64,000 nucleotides of DNA from an uncultured Flavobacterium sp. (lineage in GTDB: Bacteria > Bacteroidota > Bacteroidia > Flavobacteriales > Flavobacteriaceae), in contig CANRKI010000001.1 of assembly GCA_947631175.1 (NCBI GenBank), positions 167 to 64,166 of the forward strand. The letters are read 5' to 3'. Position 1 is the first letter of the stretch; each line of letters opens with the position of its first letter. Shown piece by piece: positions 10,105 through 19,970 of the stretch. Under the pieces are notes generated by a model. That model worked only from the letters and a program-made list of their open reading frames with translations, did not search any database and had not been told where the DNA came from. A program made the position numbers and the translations under genes.

Positions 10105-11304
10105 TTAATACGTTGGATAATTATCTCCAAAATTTAATGTTAAAGAAAATCTTAATGTATTTTCTAAAGGATTTTTAACTTTTGAAGTCGAGAATAAATA
10201 AGATAAATCAACTTTTATTATGTTGTATTTAAAACCAGCACCAAGTGTTGCATATTTACGAGCTCCTTTTAATTCATGCTCATTAAAATAACCTACACGT
10301 AAAGCGAAGGAATCTTTATACCAATATTCTGCTCCTAATGACCAGGCAACCTCTTGTAATTCTTCTTTCATACCACCTGCGGCATCACCAAAAGATTTAA
10401 AGATTCCGTTAGCCCATCCTATATTATTGTACTCGTTATTAGCTTGTTGATTGGCTGTTCTGATCTCATCATTAGAGATTTCACCATCATCATTAAGATC
10501 AATATAAGTTGGTTCGATTGGAGACGGAACTAAAAGTTTACGAATTTCTCCCATAACAGCAACTTTGTTATAATCATCAAAGATAAAATCAAATCCAACG
10601 CCTAAACGCATATTTGCTGGTAAAAAGTTTTCATTATTTTTATCGGCATCGTATGCAATTTTTGGACCTAAGTTTTGTAAGGTTAAACCAGCTCTCCAAC
10701 GACCATTGAACTCATCGTAAGCCACTTCTTCTGACTGAAAATAGGCTGCAACATCAAAAGCAAATGCGTTTGCTGCAGAAGCATCACTTGTTCCATCAGG
10801 AACTTTTAAAGCAGAACGAATATAACGACCAGCTACAGCCATAGAGAATTGTTCGTCTAGTTTTAAGGAATACGAAGCATCTAAAGCCAATTCATTAGGA
10901 GAAACTGTACGAGCTACATCGTCATAGTTTTCTCTAAGTTCAATATCACCTAAACCAAAATATCGTAACGAGGTTGCGAAAGCGCTTCGCTCATTAAGTT
11001 TGTAGTAATAATTTAATTGCGCTAAAGAAATATCATTAGCAATACTAGTTAAATATGGAGTATAACTAATACCTACACCATGCTCATCTTCTGCAAATGC
11101 ATATTTTGCTGGATTGTGTTGTTGAGAGAAAACATCAGTAGAAGATGCTGCTCCCATATCTCCCATACCTGCAGAACGCGCATCAGCATTAATTAATAAA
11201 AATGGGACTCCTGTTGTTATTGCTCTATATTGATCACTTGTTACCTGTGCGTAAGTAGCCGCTACGGTGAATGATAATAAAAGTGATAATGATATTTTTT
11301 TCAT
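10105..11304 (-). CDS. porV: Type IX secretion system outer-membrane shuttle protein PorV
   Basis: Signal peptide, ITTGVPFLLINADARSAGMGD, NPAKYAF and a C-terminal beta-barrel. Directly downstream of porU. Confidence 0.92.
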   Translation of the reverse strand: MKKISLSLLLSFTVAATYAQVTSDQYRAITTGVPFLLINADARSAGMGDMGAASSTDVFSQQHNPAKYAFAEDEHGVGISYTPYLTSIANDISLAQLNYYYKLNERSAFATSLRYFGLGDIELRENYDDVARTVSPNELALDASYSLKLDEQFSMAVAGRYIRSALKVPDGTSDASAANAFAFDVAAYFQSEEVAYDEFNGRWRAGLTLQNLGPKIAYDADKNNENFLPANMRLGVGFDFIFDDYNKVAVMGEIRKLLVPSPIEPTYIDLNDDGEISNDEIRTANQQANNEYNNIGWANGIFKSFGDAAGGMKEELQEVAWSLGAEYWYKDSFALRVGYFNEHELKGARKYATLGAGFKYNIIKVDLSYLFSTSKVKNPLENTLRFSLTLNFGDNYPTY

Positions 11305-11329
11305 TGGTTCTTATTAATTTTCTGTCAAA

Positions 11330-11337
11330 CAAATATA
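11330..11337 (-). promoter_or_regulatory. -7 promoter element (TATATTTG) for porV
   Basis: Exact TAnnTTTG match 26 nt upstream of the porV ATG, within the porU-porV gap. Confidence 0.6.
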
Positions 11338-11345
11338 ATAATTTA

Positions 11346-14300
11346 TTAAAGGATTACAAGCTTTTCGATCTTTTCTGACGATTTATTTGTTAAGCTAGAT
11401 TGTACCGTAAGTCTATAGATATAAACTCCTTTTCCTATTTTATCACCAAAATCGTCGCGACCATCCCATTTTATAGATCGCGAAAGGAACCCTTCCGTCT
11501 GAACAATTTCGTTAATCGTTTTTACAACTTTGCCTGAAATAGTCATGATTTGAACTTGAACTTTTAACGGTTCGAATGGTCGATTATGTGTAAACCAAAA
11601 CTCGGTATAATTTACAAATGGATTTGGGTAATTTAACACATTCGTAAGCGTAACCTCCTCACTATCCATTACATAAAATTGAATTTCGGCAATTACAGGG
11701 TTGTTGTACACATCCCACGCTTTAAAAGTTATGGTATGTAAACCTGGTGCTAAATCTTTAAAAGGGAATCTAACTTTACCATTTTTATAATCGTTTAATT
11801 CGGTTTCAAAAAAATCATTTAAAACGTATGGCTTAGTTTCGTTTCCATCCAAAATTGCAATAATATCGTGTCCAATTCCCGAGGCGGTGTTAATTCCGTT
11901 TTCATCTTCAATAAAAGCTAAAAATATTGGCGATGCATTTGTAATTCCGCCCGAAACAAACGATGTATCGTTCATATATAATTTAACAACCGGTGGTGTA
12001 TTATCTGTTGGTGCGTTATTATTTATGCCTCCAATTCGAATTTGTGTATTCACTCCAGCTCTATCTGTATTAGATTGCTCTGTTTTGGCGTAAAAGCTAG
12101 CTCTACCAGTTCCAACAGGAATTTTAATATCTTTTGGAACAACGAAGCTAAATCTAAATTTACCATCTTGTACAGATGCATTTCCTCTAAAAATAGTTTC
12201 GCCTAGGGTAACAAAGTCCATAATTTGAACTTGATTGGTATTTGGATTGATGATGTTATCGTTACCTAATGTTGATCGATTAATAAATTTATCAAAAATT
12301 TGAACTGCTAAATCACCATTAAAATCTTGCAAAAGAGTTTCGTCTTCATTTCTTATCTCACCTTCCATTGTCACATAATCAAGAGCCTGTAAAACATCTT
12401 CTGAACCGTTTATTTCTTGATCATTTATTTTATTTAAAACAATTTTAGGCTTAGGAAAGGTTATTTTTAAACCTGGATCACCGATACAAAAAACCACATT
12501 TCTGTCTAAAGAAGCAAAATGATTTTTAGTTAATCGAAGTGCCTCACCAATAGCAATATCAGTATTGGTGTTATTGAAAATGTAATCAGAAAGTCGTGCA
12601 TTAATGTCGCGCCCGTTAGAAATTCCAATTTCACGAGTCGTTGTTAACAAAGCGATTGCTCCTGCTTCGGGATTTAGGAAAACGGATTCGCCAAGTGAAA
12701 GTAAATATGGATTATCAAATCTACTCACCTCGCAAGTTATAGTAATAAAAACAGGTAATTTATGGTTATTTTGAAGTTTTCCGACATCTGAAAGTTCAAA
12801 AATACGTTCAGAAGCTAATAAACGTTCGCCACCGTGACCATAGTAATTTACAACTAAAGAACCGGCATCAAAAGAGTTTATAAAATCGCTTTTTGCATCA
12901 ACATAACGATTACCACCAGCAGATACAGTTTGTGTATAAGCATCCATATATATTTTTTTTATGTTGATAAATGGTCGATTGTTTTCGATATTTTGTGCAA
13001 TGGCATCCAAATCGGATTGTAAAAACAAATCGGAAGGCGCATCAATATCGTCTCCTAATAAGATGATGTTATTTCTCCATCTTCCGTACGAAGATTTGTC
13101 GTAGTATTTATATATTTTATCAACCATTTGTTTGGCTTGCGCAGGTGTAGAAAAAAGAATTCGGCCTACGGCAATATCCAAACCTTGCTGGAAATTATTT
13201 TGCATACTTCCTTCATTTTCATCCATCAATACAAAAAAATCATCAGACATATACGTTGAATAATTTGAGAAATTGGCAGATGACCCCGATCCTGACGGGG
13301 TAATGTTCGCTAAATAATGAAAGGTTGGAATGATATTGTTGTTATTTGGTATAATATCTTTATAATCAAAAGATGTATCGCCAAATAGGTTTAAATATTT
13401 CACACGTTTATCGGGCGTACTTGCATTAAAATAAACATATCGCATAAAATTACGAATCGCTGCTATATCGCGTTGCCCTGAGGAGAATTCGTTGTAAATA
13501 TCTTGCAACTCAATCACTTTGACATTATAATTACTATGTTGGGTATGCAACATGGCTAATCTATTGGCTTCGCTTAAATATTGTGGAGTTGCAATTACTA
13601 TGTAATCAACATCTTGAAATTGATTTTGATCGTTTTTAAAAACAGTTCCTTTTATATTTTGATTTTTAACTTTAGTAAATGAAATGTTTGATACATTATA
13701 TATGTCCCTATCATCAATAGCCACATATTGTTTTATTTCTCCTACATTATCTGTAAATGAAAAAGTATTTTGTTGTGTATTAGTATAAGTAGTAATATTA
13801 TATAAATCTGTAATATCCCATACTTGTGAAATAGAAGCTGCGTTTTGTATTCTAAATTCTCCAACGCCTAACATAGTATTTGTATCAGAATTATAAAATT
13901 TAAATTGTTTTCCGTATCCTCTTAAATTATTAGTACTCGTAATTTTTATAAAATCCAAGTATGCGCTTGAATTGGGCACACCATTATTATTATAAGTTAA
14001 GTTTACGTTTAAATTACCAGAGGTAACATTTACATCGGCACGTAAAACGTTTTCAAAGGCAGCAACATGAACAAAAGAGTTAATTGCAAAAAAATTAATA
14101 TTACCAACATTAGCATTATTTAATCGAACACCAAAATTAGTAGAGACACTAGAATTTGCAATAGCATTAACCTCTAAAGTAACGGGAATGTCAGTTTTTA
14201 AATTAGGTATTTCAAAAGTGAAATCGCGGTTGGAGTTCACACTAAAACTTTCTCCAACCCATTTTCTTCCTAATCGTCCTACATTAATAATATCATTTTC

Positions 14301-15230
14301 GTACATATCTATTTGATGATATGTATCAATAACCTGACTAGCTGGCGTGTTTAAAATGGGTGCATTAGTGATTCGTTTTCCATCAACACCAGAGATACTA
14401 ATATAATAGTAAGCCTGTTTATCATATAAATGTACGGAAGTATTATTTTCAACATTCCATTGATCTACACCTTGCGCATAAAACAATACATAATCAGTAT
14501 CATTTAAAACACCGTCTTCTTGACCCACAACTTGGATTGCATTTTCGGGCAGATCAAAAGCAACATCAACATTATTTCTAAGCGGTAACATATTTCCGCC
14601 ATTCCCATATATTTTAATTTTACGGGGGTCGATAGACGTACTCCCAAAAATACGTTGTAAATCGGAACGAGTTAATTTATAAACACCAGATTTTGTAATT
14701 GGAAATCGATAAAAATCACCCGTTGCTAAAACCGAATTACTAACACTTGGAATTGCTTGTGTATTTCGTGCGTTAGAAGCATTTTTTTTAACATATGAAA
14801 AGACGATATCTTTCACTCTTTTTAGTTCATTATTTACACGAACAATGGGTGAAAAAGAAAAAACAAGATATTTATTATCTCTAGCTTGTATAAAATCGAA
14901 CTGAATTTTAGGGGAATTAGGTAATTTATCCACAGGTAAAACTCCTAAATTTACGCTAGAAAAATCCTCATACAATATATTTTCGATCTGAATAGACGAG
15001 TTTAAAACATCAAAATCTACAGGGATTTGCTTTAAAACAGAATACGAAAAATCACCAGGAATGTACTGCATTTCGACTTTTTCGAACCCAGGAATACTAT
15101 AATATATACTATCAACATAATGATTAACAATTCCTTTATAAGAAACTGAAAAAGAATCATTTAAACGGTTTTGAGAATATCCAATACTCAGGACAAAAAA
15201 TGCCAGTATAAAGCCAAATATATTTTTCAT
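11346..15230 (-). CDS. porU: Type IX secretion system sortase PorU (C25 gingipain-like)
   Basis: 1294 aa with a signal peptide, C25 domain (YLNLFGDTSFDY, YYGHGGE, TITCEVSRFD) and T9SS C-terminal domain (WDGRDDFG...GVYIYRLTV...KLVIL). Confidence 0.93.
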   Translation of the reverse strand: MKNIFGFILAFFVLSIGYSQNRLNDSFSVSYKGIVNHYVDSIYYSIPGFEKVEMQYIPGDFSYSVLKQIPVDFDVLNSSIQIENILYEDFSSVNLGVLPVDKLPNSPKIQFDFIQARDNKYLVFSFSPIVRVNNELKRVKDIVFSYVKKNASNARNTQAIPSVSNSVLATGDFYRFPITKSGVYKLTRSDLQRIFGSTSIDPRKIKIYGNGGNMLPLRNNVDVAFDLPENAIQVVGQEDGVLNDTDYVLFYAQGVDQWNVENNTSVHLYDKQAYYYISISGVDGKRITNAPILNTPASQVIDTYHQIDMYENDIINVGRLGRKWVGESFSVNSNRDFTFEIPNLKTDIPVTLEVNAIANSSVSTNFGVRLNNANVGNINFFAINSFVHVAAFENVLRADVNVTSGNLNVNLTYNNNGVPNSSAYLDFIKITSTNNLRGYGKQFKFYNSDTNTMLGVGEFRIQNAASISQVWDITDLYNITTYTNTQQNTFSFTDNVGEIKQYVAIDDRDIYNVSNISFTKVKNQNIKGTVFKNDQNQFQDVDYIVIATPQYLSEANRLAMLHTQHSNYNVKVIELQDIYNEFSSGQRDIAAIRNFMRYVYFNASTPDKRVKYLNLFGDTSFDYKDIIPNNNNIIPTFHYLANITPSGSGSSANFSNYSTYMSDDFFVLMDENEGSMQNNFQQGLDIAVGRILFSTPAQAKQMVDKIYKYYDKSSYGRWRNNIILLGDDIDAPSDLFLQSDLDAIAQNIENNRPFINIKKIYMDAYTQTVSAGGNRYVDAKSDFINSFDAGSLVVNYYGHGGERLLASERIFELSDVGKLQNNHKLPVFITITCEVSRFDNPYLLSLGESVFLNPEAGAIALLTTTREIGISNGRDINARLSDYIFNNTNTDIAIGEALRLTKNHFASLDRNVVFCIGDPGLKITFPKPKIVLNKINDQEINGSEDVLQALDYVTMEGEIRNEDETLLQDFNGDLAVQIFDKFINRSTLGNDNIINPNTNQVQIMDFVTLGETIFRGNASVQDGKFRFSFVVPKDIKIPVGTGRASFYAKTEQSNTDRAGVNTQIRIGGINNNAPTDNTPPVVKLYMNDTSFVSGGITNASPIFLAFIEDENGINTASGIGHDIIAILDGNETKPYVLNDFFETELNDYKNGKVRFPFKDLAPGLHTITFKAWDVYNNPVIAEIQFYVMDSEEVTLTNVLNYPNPFVNYTEFWFTHNRPFEPLKVQVQIMTISGKVVKTINEIVQTEGFLSRSIKWDGRDDFGDKIGKGVYIYRLTVQSSLTNKSSEKIEKLVIL

Positions 15231-15365
15231 TATTTATGTAAATAAACGCTACTTTTCAAAAAAGTAAAGATCGTGAAAAAAAGATTTAAATTTTGTTTTG
15301 TGTTCTAAAAAGATTGTTTAATTTTAACAAAAAATTAATTTTTTTTAGAATTGACAAAAATCATA

Positions 15366-15396
15366 TTGTAATATAATCGAATTGTATTATATTGCA
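15366..15396. promoter_or_regulatory. Palindromic promoter region between divergent porU and gldJ
   Basis: On +: TTG(15366-68)-N19-TATATTGC(15388-95), matching the Flavobacterium -33/-7 spacing. It is embedded in the inverted repeat TGTAATATAAT-N8-ATTATATTGCA. Confidence 0.6.
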
Positions 15397-15424
15397 GCAC
15401 TAAATTTTATTACCTACTTAAAGT

Positions 15425-17080
15425 ATGAAAATTAACAGAGTATTGACTTTACAAGTGTTAGCTGCTTTAACTATTTCTTTATCTATTACAAGCTGTAGTA
15501 AATCAGGAAGTGGAAAAGGAACATCAAAAGCTACTGGTTGGAAAATAAACGATAAGAACGGTGGTTTCCAATACAATGACAAGTACAAAAAACAAGTTAC
15601 ACCTCCAGGTATGATTGCTATTGAAGGTGGAACTTTTACAATGGGAAAAGTAGCGGACGACGTTATGCATGATTGGAATAACACGCCAAATCAACAACAC
15701 GTTCAATCATTCTATATGGATGAGACAGAAGTAACTAATATGATGTATGCTGAGTATCTGTTTTGGTTAAAATCAGTTTTTCCACCTGCAGATTCTGCTT
15801 ACAAACATATTTACGAAAGTGCTTTACCTGACACGTTAGTGTGGAGAAACAGATTAGGCTACAACGAAACTATGACAAATAACTACTTACGTCACCCTGC
15901 ATTTGGTGAGTACCCAGTAGTTGGTGTGAACTGGATTCAAGCTGAAGAGTTTTCGAAATGGAGAACTGACCGTGTTAATGAAAGTTTATTAGAGAAAGAA
16001 AAATTTCTTAAAAAAGATGCGCGTCTAACTGAAGCTAAAGACGGGACAAGTTTTAGTACTGAAGCCTACTTAAACAGTCCATCAACTTCTTTTGGAGGAA
16101 GTGAAGAAATTGTTTTAAGAAAAGAAAAAGGTAGAACAAAAGCTCAAGAAGGTGATGCGAAAAATGTTTACGCTACACGTCAATCTGGAATTTTGTTACC
16201 AGAATACAGACTACCAACAGAAGCTGAGTGGGAATATGCTGCTATGGCAATGAATGGTATTAGAGAGTACAACCTTTACAAAGGGAAGAAAAAATACCCT
16301 TGGAACGGACAATACACTCGTTCTAACAGCCGTAAAATTAGAGGACAACAATTAGCAAACTTTAAACAAGGTCGTGGAGATTACGGTGGAGTTGCAGGTT
16401 GGTCTGATGATGGTGCTGATATTACAAATAAAGTTAAATCGTATCCAGCAAATGATTTTGGTTTATACGACATGGCAGGTAACGTTGCTGAATGGGTAGC
16501 TGACGTTTACAGACCAATTGTTGATGATGAAGCAAATGACTTTAACTACTACCGTGGTAACCGTTACATGAAAAATGCAATCGACTCTGTTGGGGCTATT
16601 CAAATTGTTACTACTGAAAACATAGTATATGATACATTAAGCAATGGTAAAATTATTGCTCGTAACTTCCCAGGTCAAATCGCTCAAGTTCCAGTTGATG
16701 AGAAAGAAACGTATTTACGTTACAACTTCTCTCAATCAGATAACAGAGATTACAGAGATGGGGATGTACCTTCAACTAGAGGATATAGAAACAAAGAGTC
16801 TAACGGTGCTGAAAGAATGTACGATTCTCCTGTTCACTCTATCACAGTTGATTCATTATCTACAATGAACAGAGAATACGATAAGTCTACAAAAAGAACA
16901 ACTTTAATTAACAACGATGCTCGTGTTTACAAAGGTGGTTCTTGGAGAGATAGAGCTTATTGGTTAGATCCTGCTACTAGACGTTATTATCCACAAGATA
17001 TGGCAACTGACTATATCGGTTTTAGATGTGCAATGTCTAAAGTTGGACCTAAAGAAAATAAACGTAAAGTTAGAGGTTAA
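15425..17080 (+). CDS. gldJ: Gliding motility lipoprotein GldJ
   Basis: Lipobox SITSC, FGE-sulfatase-like motifs (YRLPTEAEWEYAA, GLYDMAGNVAEWV, KGGSW, GFRC) and the conserved porU/gldJ/murF context. Confidence 0.93.
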   Translation: MKINRVLTLQVLAALTISLSITSCSKSGSGKGTSKATGWKINDKNGGFQYNDKYKKQVTPPGMIAIEGGTFTMGKVADDVMHDWNNTPNQQHVQSFYMDETEVTNMMYAEYLFWLKSVFPPADSAYKHIYESALPDTLVWRNRLGYNETMTNNYLRHPAFGEYPVVGVNWIQAEEFSKWRTDRVNESLLEKEKFLKKDARLTEAKDGTSFSTEAYLNSPSTSFGGSEEIVLRKEKGRTKAQEGDAKNVYATRQSGILLPEYRLPTEAEWEYAAMAMNGIREYNLYKGKKKYPWNGQYTRSNSRKIRGQQLANFKQGRGDYGGVAGWSDDGADITNKVKSYPANDFGLYDMAGNVAEWVADVYRPIVDDEANDFNYYRGNRYMKNAIDSVGAIQIVTTENIVYDTLSNGKIIARNFPGQIAQVPVDEKETYLRYNFSQSDNRDYRDGDVPSTRGYRNKESNGAERMYDSPVHSITVDSLSTMNREYDKSTKRTTLINNDARVYKGGSWRDRAYWLDPATRRYYPQDMATDYIGFRCAMSKVGPKENKRKVRG

Positions 17081-17100
17081 TAAAAAAATTTTCATACTGA

Positions 17101-17136
17101 AAACGGAAGTTCTTAATTCGAACTTCCGTTTTTTTT
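17101..17136 (+). terminator. Intrinsic terminator after gldJ
   Basis: AAACGGAAGTTC/GAACTTCCGTTT stem plus T-run. Confidence 0.88.
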
Positions 17137-17149
17137 GTATTTTAGTTCT

Positions 17150-18436
17150 ATGAAAATCGAGGCATTATATCAGTACTTTTTAAATAGTAACGGAGTTACA
17201 ACTGATTCAAGAAAAATAAATCACAATCAAATATATTTTGCCTTAAAAGGCGATAATTTTAACGGAAATAATTTTGCTAAATCTGCGATTGAACAAGGCG
17301 CTTTATTAGCCGTTATAGATCAAGAAACAGCAATTGACCAACAAAATCTGGATTCATACTTTTTAGTTGATGATGTACTAACTTGTTTACAACAATTAGC
17401 CAATTATCACAGAAAGAAGTTAAACCTTACAGTTATAAGCTTAACCGGAAGTAACGGAAAAACAACCACTAAAGAATTAATTAATGCCGTTTTAAAACAA
17501 AAATTTAAAACCGTTGCTACCATTGGTAATTTAAACAACCATATTGGAGTGCCTTTAACTTTGCTTTCGTTTACAAACGAAACCGAAATTGGTATTGTTG
17601 AAATGGGTGCAAATCATCAAAAAGAAATTGAACTTTTATGCAACATAGCTGAACCTGATTTTGGATATATTACCAATTTTGGAAAAGCTCACTTAGAAGG
17701 TTTTGGAGGTGTTGAAGGAGTAATTAAAGGAAAGTCTGAAATGTATGATTTTTTAAAAGCACATAAAAAAACGGCCTTTATTAACTTAGATGATCCTATT
17801 CAGGTAGAAAAAACAACCAGTATTACGCTATACTCGTTTTCAAAATCAAATTCCGTTGCTGATCTTTTTATAAATGAGATTGAGGCAAATCCCAATGTAA
17901 AAGTTACCTTTAACCAAGTGGTTGTAAACAGCAATTTGATTGGAATTTACAATGCAACAAACATTTGTGCAGCAATTGCAATTGGTAAATATTTTGAAAT
18001 TGAAGATACTGCTATTCAAAAAGCAATCGAAAATTATGTACCAACAAATAATCGTTCGCAAATAATCGAAAAAAGTAGCAATCAAATTATTTTGGATGCT
18101 TACAATGCAAATCCAAGCAGTATGGAGGTTGCAATAAAAAATTTAGATCAACTTTTAACGAAAAACAAGGTTGCTGTTTTGGGAGATATGTTTGAGTTAG
18201 GAGACGAAAGTGATAAAGAACATAGATTAATTATTGAAAAGGCAATCGCTACTGATATTCATAAAATATTTTTTGTGGGAGAACGCTTTTACAAAAATCA
18301 AATTACAAACGACAGAATCACTTATTTTAAATCGTTTGACGAATTGCAATCGAAATTTAATTTTGATGATTTTAGCAATGAAACTATATTGGTAAAAGGT
18401 TCGAGAGGAATGGCTTTAGAACGTTTACTACAATAA
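17150..18436 (+). CDS. murF: UDP-N-acetylmuramoyl-tripeptide--D-alanyl-D-alanine ligase
   Basis: TTDSR, TGSNGKTTTKE, NLNNHIGVP, EMGANH, DAYNANPSSM, LGDMFELG and VKGSRG. ATG at 17150. Confidence 0.95.
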   Translation: MKIEALYQYFLNSNGVTTDSRKINHNQIYFALKGDNFNGNNFAKSAIEQGALLAVIDQETAIDQQNLDSYFLVDDVLTCLQQLANYHRKKLNLTVISLTGSNGKTTTKELINAVLKQKFKTVATIGNLNNHIGVPLTLLSFTNETEIGIVEMGANHQKEIELLCNIAEPDFGYITNFGKAHLEGFGGVEGVIKGKSEMYDFLKAHKKTAFINLDDPIQVEKTTSITLYSFSKSNSVADLFINEIEANPNVKVTFNQVVVNSNLIGIYNATNICAAIAIGKYFEIEDTAIQKAIENYVPTNNRSQIIEKSSNQIILDAYNANPSSMEVAIKNLDQLLTKNKVAVLGDMFELGDESDKEHRLIIEKAIATDIHKIFFVGERFYKNQITNDRITYFKSFDELQSKFNFDDFSNETILVKGSRGMALERLLQ

Positions 18437-18440
18437 AATT

Positions 18441-18474
18441 AAAACCGCCAAAATGTTTTCATTTTGGCGGTTTT
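18441..18474 (+). terminator. Intrinsic terminator after murF
   Basis: AAAACCGCCAAAATG/CATTTTGGCGGTTTT 15-bp stem. Confidence 0.88.
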
Positions 18475-18614
18475 GCGTTAGGGATAGTAGCGACATCCTT
18501 TTATAAAAGGCTGAGGCAACGAAGCTGTATTATAAAAGATAAAGCGAATAGCCCGACCCGAGCTATCCGCTTTTACATATCTTGAAGTATTTTTATGAAG
18601 CGAGGGTAACGCCC
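18474..18614 (-). repeat. Structured intergenic repeat, copy 1 (Flavo-1-like motif)
   Basis: The reverse complement reads GGGCGTTACCCTCGC...AAAAGCGGATAGCTCGGGTCGGGCTAT...ATCTTTTAT...ATAAAAGGAT...CTATCCCTAACGCA and aligns with the copies at 21073 and 27089. The Flavo-1 assignment is from memory, not a search. Confidence 0.85.
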
Positions 18615-18622
18615 AAAAAGTA

Positions 18623-19837
18623 TTAAATCACTTCGGCCACTACAAAGGTACTTCCGCCCACGTAAATCATATCCGAATTTTGAGCTTGCTGCTTGGCCTG
18701 CGCGAAAGCCTCGGGAATTGACGAAAAGGACTGAAATTGGAATCCGTTTTTTTGCATAATTTGAGCCAATTTATCGACCTCTAACCCACGCGGAACGTTT
18801 GGTTTTGCAATATAATAGGTCGCTTTTTGGGGCAATAAATGCAAAATACTATCCAAATCTTTGTCGTTAACCACGCCAAAAACAAAATGCAAATGATCGA
18901 ATTTTTGCTTAGAGACTTGGTTCATTACAATTTGTAAACCGTCTTTATTATGCGCAGTATCGGCAACAATTATTGGCGAATTAGACAAAATTTGCCAACG
19001 ACCCGCAAATTTGGTGTTGGTGTTTACATTTAAAAATCCGTTTTTAATGTTGCTTTCGGAAATGGTAAAATGTGTTTTTAAAACATTTAGCGCCGTTAAA
19101 ACTGTTTTTTTATTGTGAATTTGATAGTCGCCTAATAAGGAACTTTCGTAATTTTTCCAATCTATTTCGGATGCAAACCAAATAGGCGCATTTTCTAAAT
19201 CTGCTTTTTCTTGAAAAACTGGTTTGGTTTCACTCACATATTCGCCTATCACCACAGGAACATTGGGTTTAATAATTCCGGCTTTTTCACTCGCAATTTC
19301 GGCTAAAGTATTGCCCAACATATTCATATGGTCCCAACCAATATTGGTAATTACCGAAAGTAAAGGCGTGATCACGTTGGTCGAGTCGAGCCCACCGCCC
19401 AAACCAACTTCAATCAAAGCAACGTCGACATTTTGATTCGCAAAAAAATCGAAGGCCAAACCAACAGTCATTTCGAAAAAACTTAAGTGGTTGTTTTCTA
19501 AAAAAGTTTTATGCGTAGCAATAAACGCCGTAACGTTTTCTTGCGGAATCATCTCCCCGTTAATTTTAATACGCTCTCTAAAATCTTTTAAATGTGGTGA
19601 GGTGTATAAACCAACTTTATAGCCCGCTTCTTGCAAAACAGAAGCTAACAAAGATGATGACGAGCCCTTACCGTTAGTACCACCAACATGAATGGATTTA
19701 AATTTTAGCTCCGGATGATTTAAATGTTCCATTAAAATAATGGTATTTTTTAAATCTTTAGTGTGTGCGGCAGCGCCAATTTTTTGGTACATGGGTAACT
19801 GTGCAAACATCCAATCTAAAGTTTGTGCGTATGTCAT
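18623..19837 (-). CDS. folC: Bifunctional folylpolyglutamate synthase/dihydrofolate synthase
   Basis: HVGGTNGKGS, GLYTSPHL, EVGLGG, DSTN, EKAGIIK and DTAHN. Confidence 0.94.
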   Translation of the reverse strand: MTYAQTLDWMFAQLPMYQKIGAAAHTKDLKNTIILMEHLNHPELKFKSIHVGGTNGKGSSSSLLASVLQEAGYKVGLYTSPHLKDFRERIKINGEMIPQENVTAFIATHKTFLENNHLSFFEMTVGLAFDFFANQNVDVALIEVGLGGGLDSTNVITPLLSVITNIGWDHMNMLGNTLAEIASEKAGIIKPNVPVVIGEYVSETKPVFQEKADLENAPIWFASEIDWKNYESSLLGDYQIHNKKTVLTALNVLKTHFTISESNIKNGFLNVNTNTKFAGRWQILSNSPIIVADTAHNKDGLQIVMNQVSKQKFDHLHFVFGVVNDKDLDSILHLLPQKATYYIAKPNVPRGLEVDKLAQIMQKNGFQFQSFSSIPEAFAQAKQQAQNSDMIYVGGSTFVVAEVI

Positions 19838-19947
19838 GAAATATTAGGTTTAAAATAGGTATAGTTATAATTATTTTATGATATTTGTGAGTTGTAATTC
19901 ATTATTTAAAATTATCTTTATAAATCAATTCACAAAAATTTTTAATA

Positions 19948-19955
19948 CAAATTTA
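19948..19955 (-). promoter_or_regulatory. Candidate -7 element (TAAATTTG) for folC
   Basis: TAnnTTTG match in the folC/exbB divergent region. It implies a ~105-nt leader. Confidence 0.35.
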
Positions 19956-19970
19956 CATTTAATAAATTTT

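Noticed and set aside
19880-19930. Possible Fur-like box upstream of exbB
   Set aside because: The symmetry is too weak to distinguish from AT-rich background.
19878-19970. Extended exbB N-terminus from the ORF track (also longer starts at 476, 9459, 17135 and 54651)
   Set aside because: The extensions are low-complexity and overlap promoter or intergenic signals, and downstream ATGs give family-typical N-termini.
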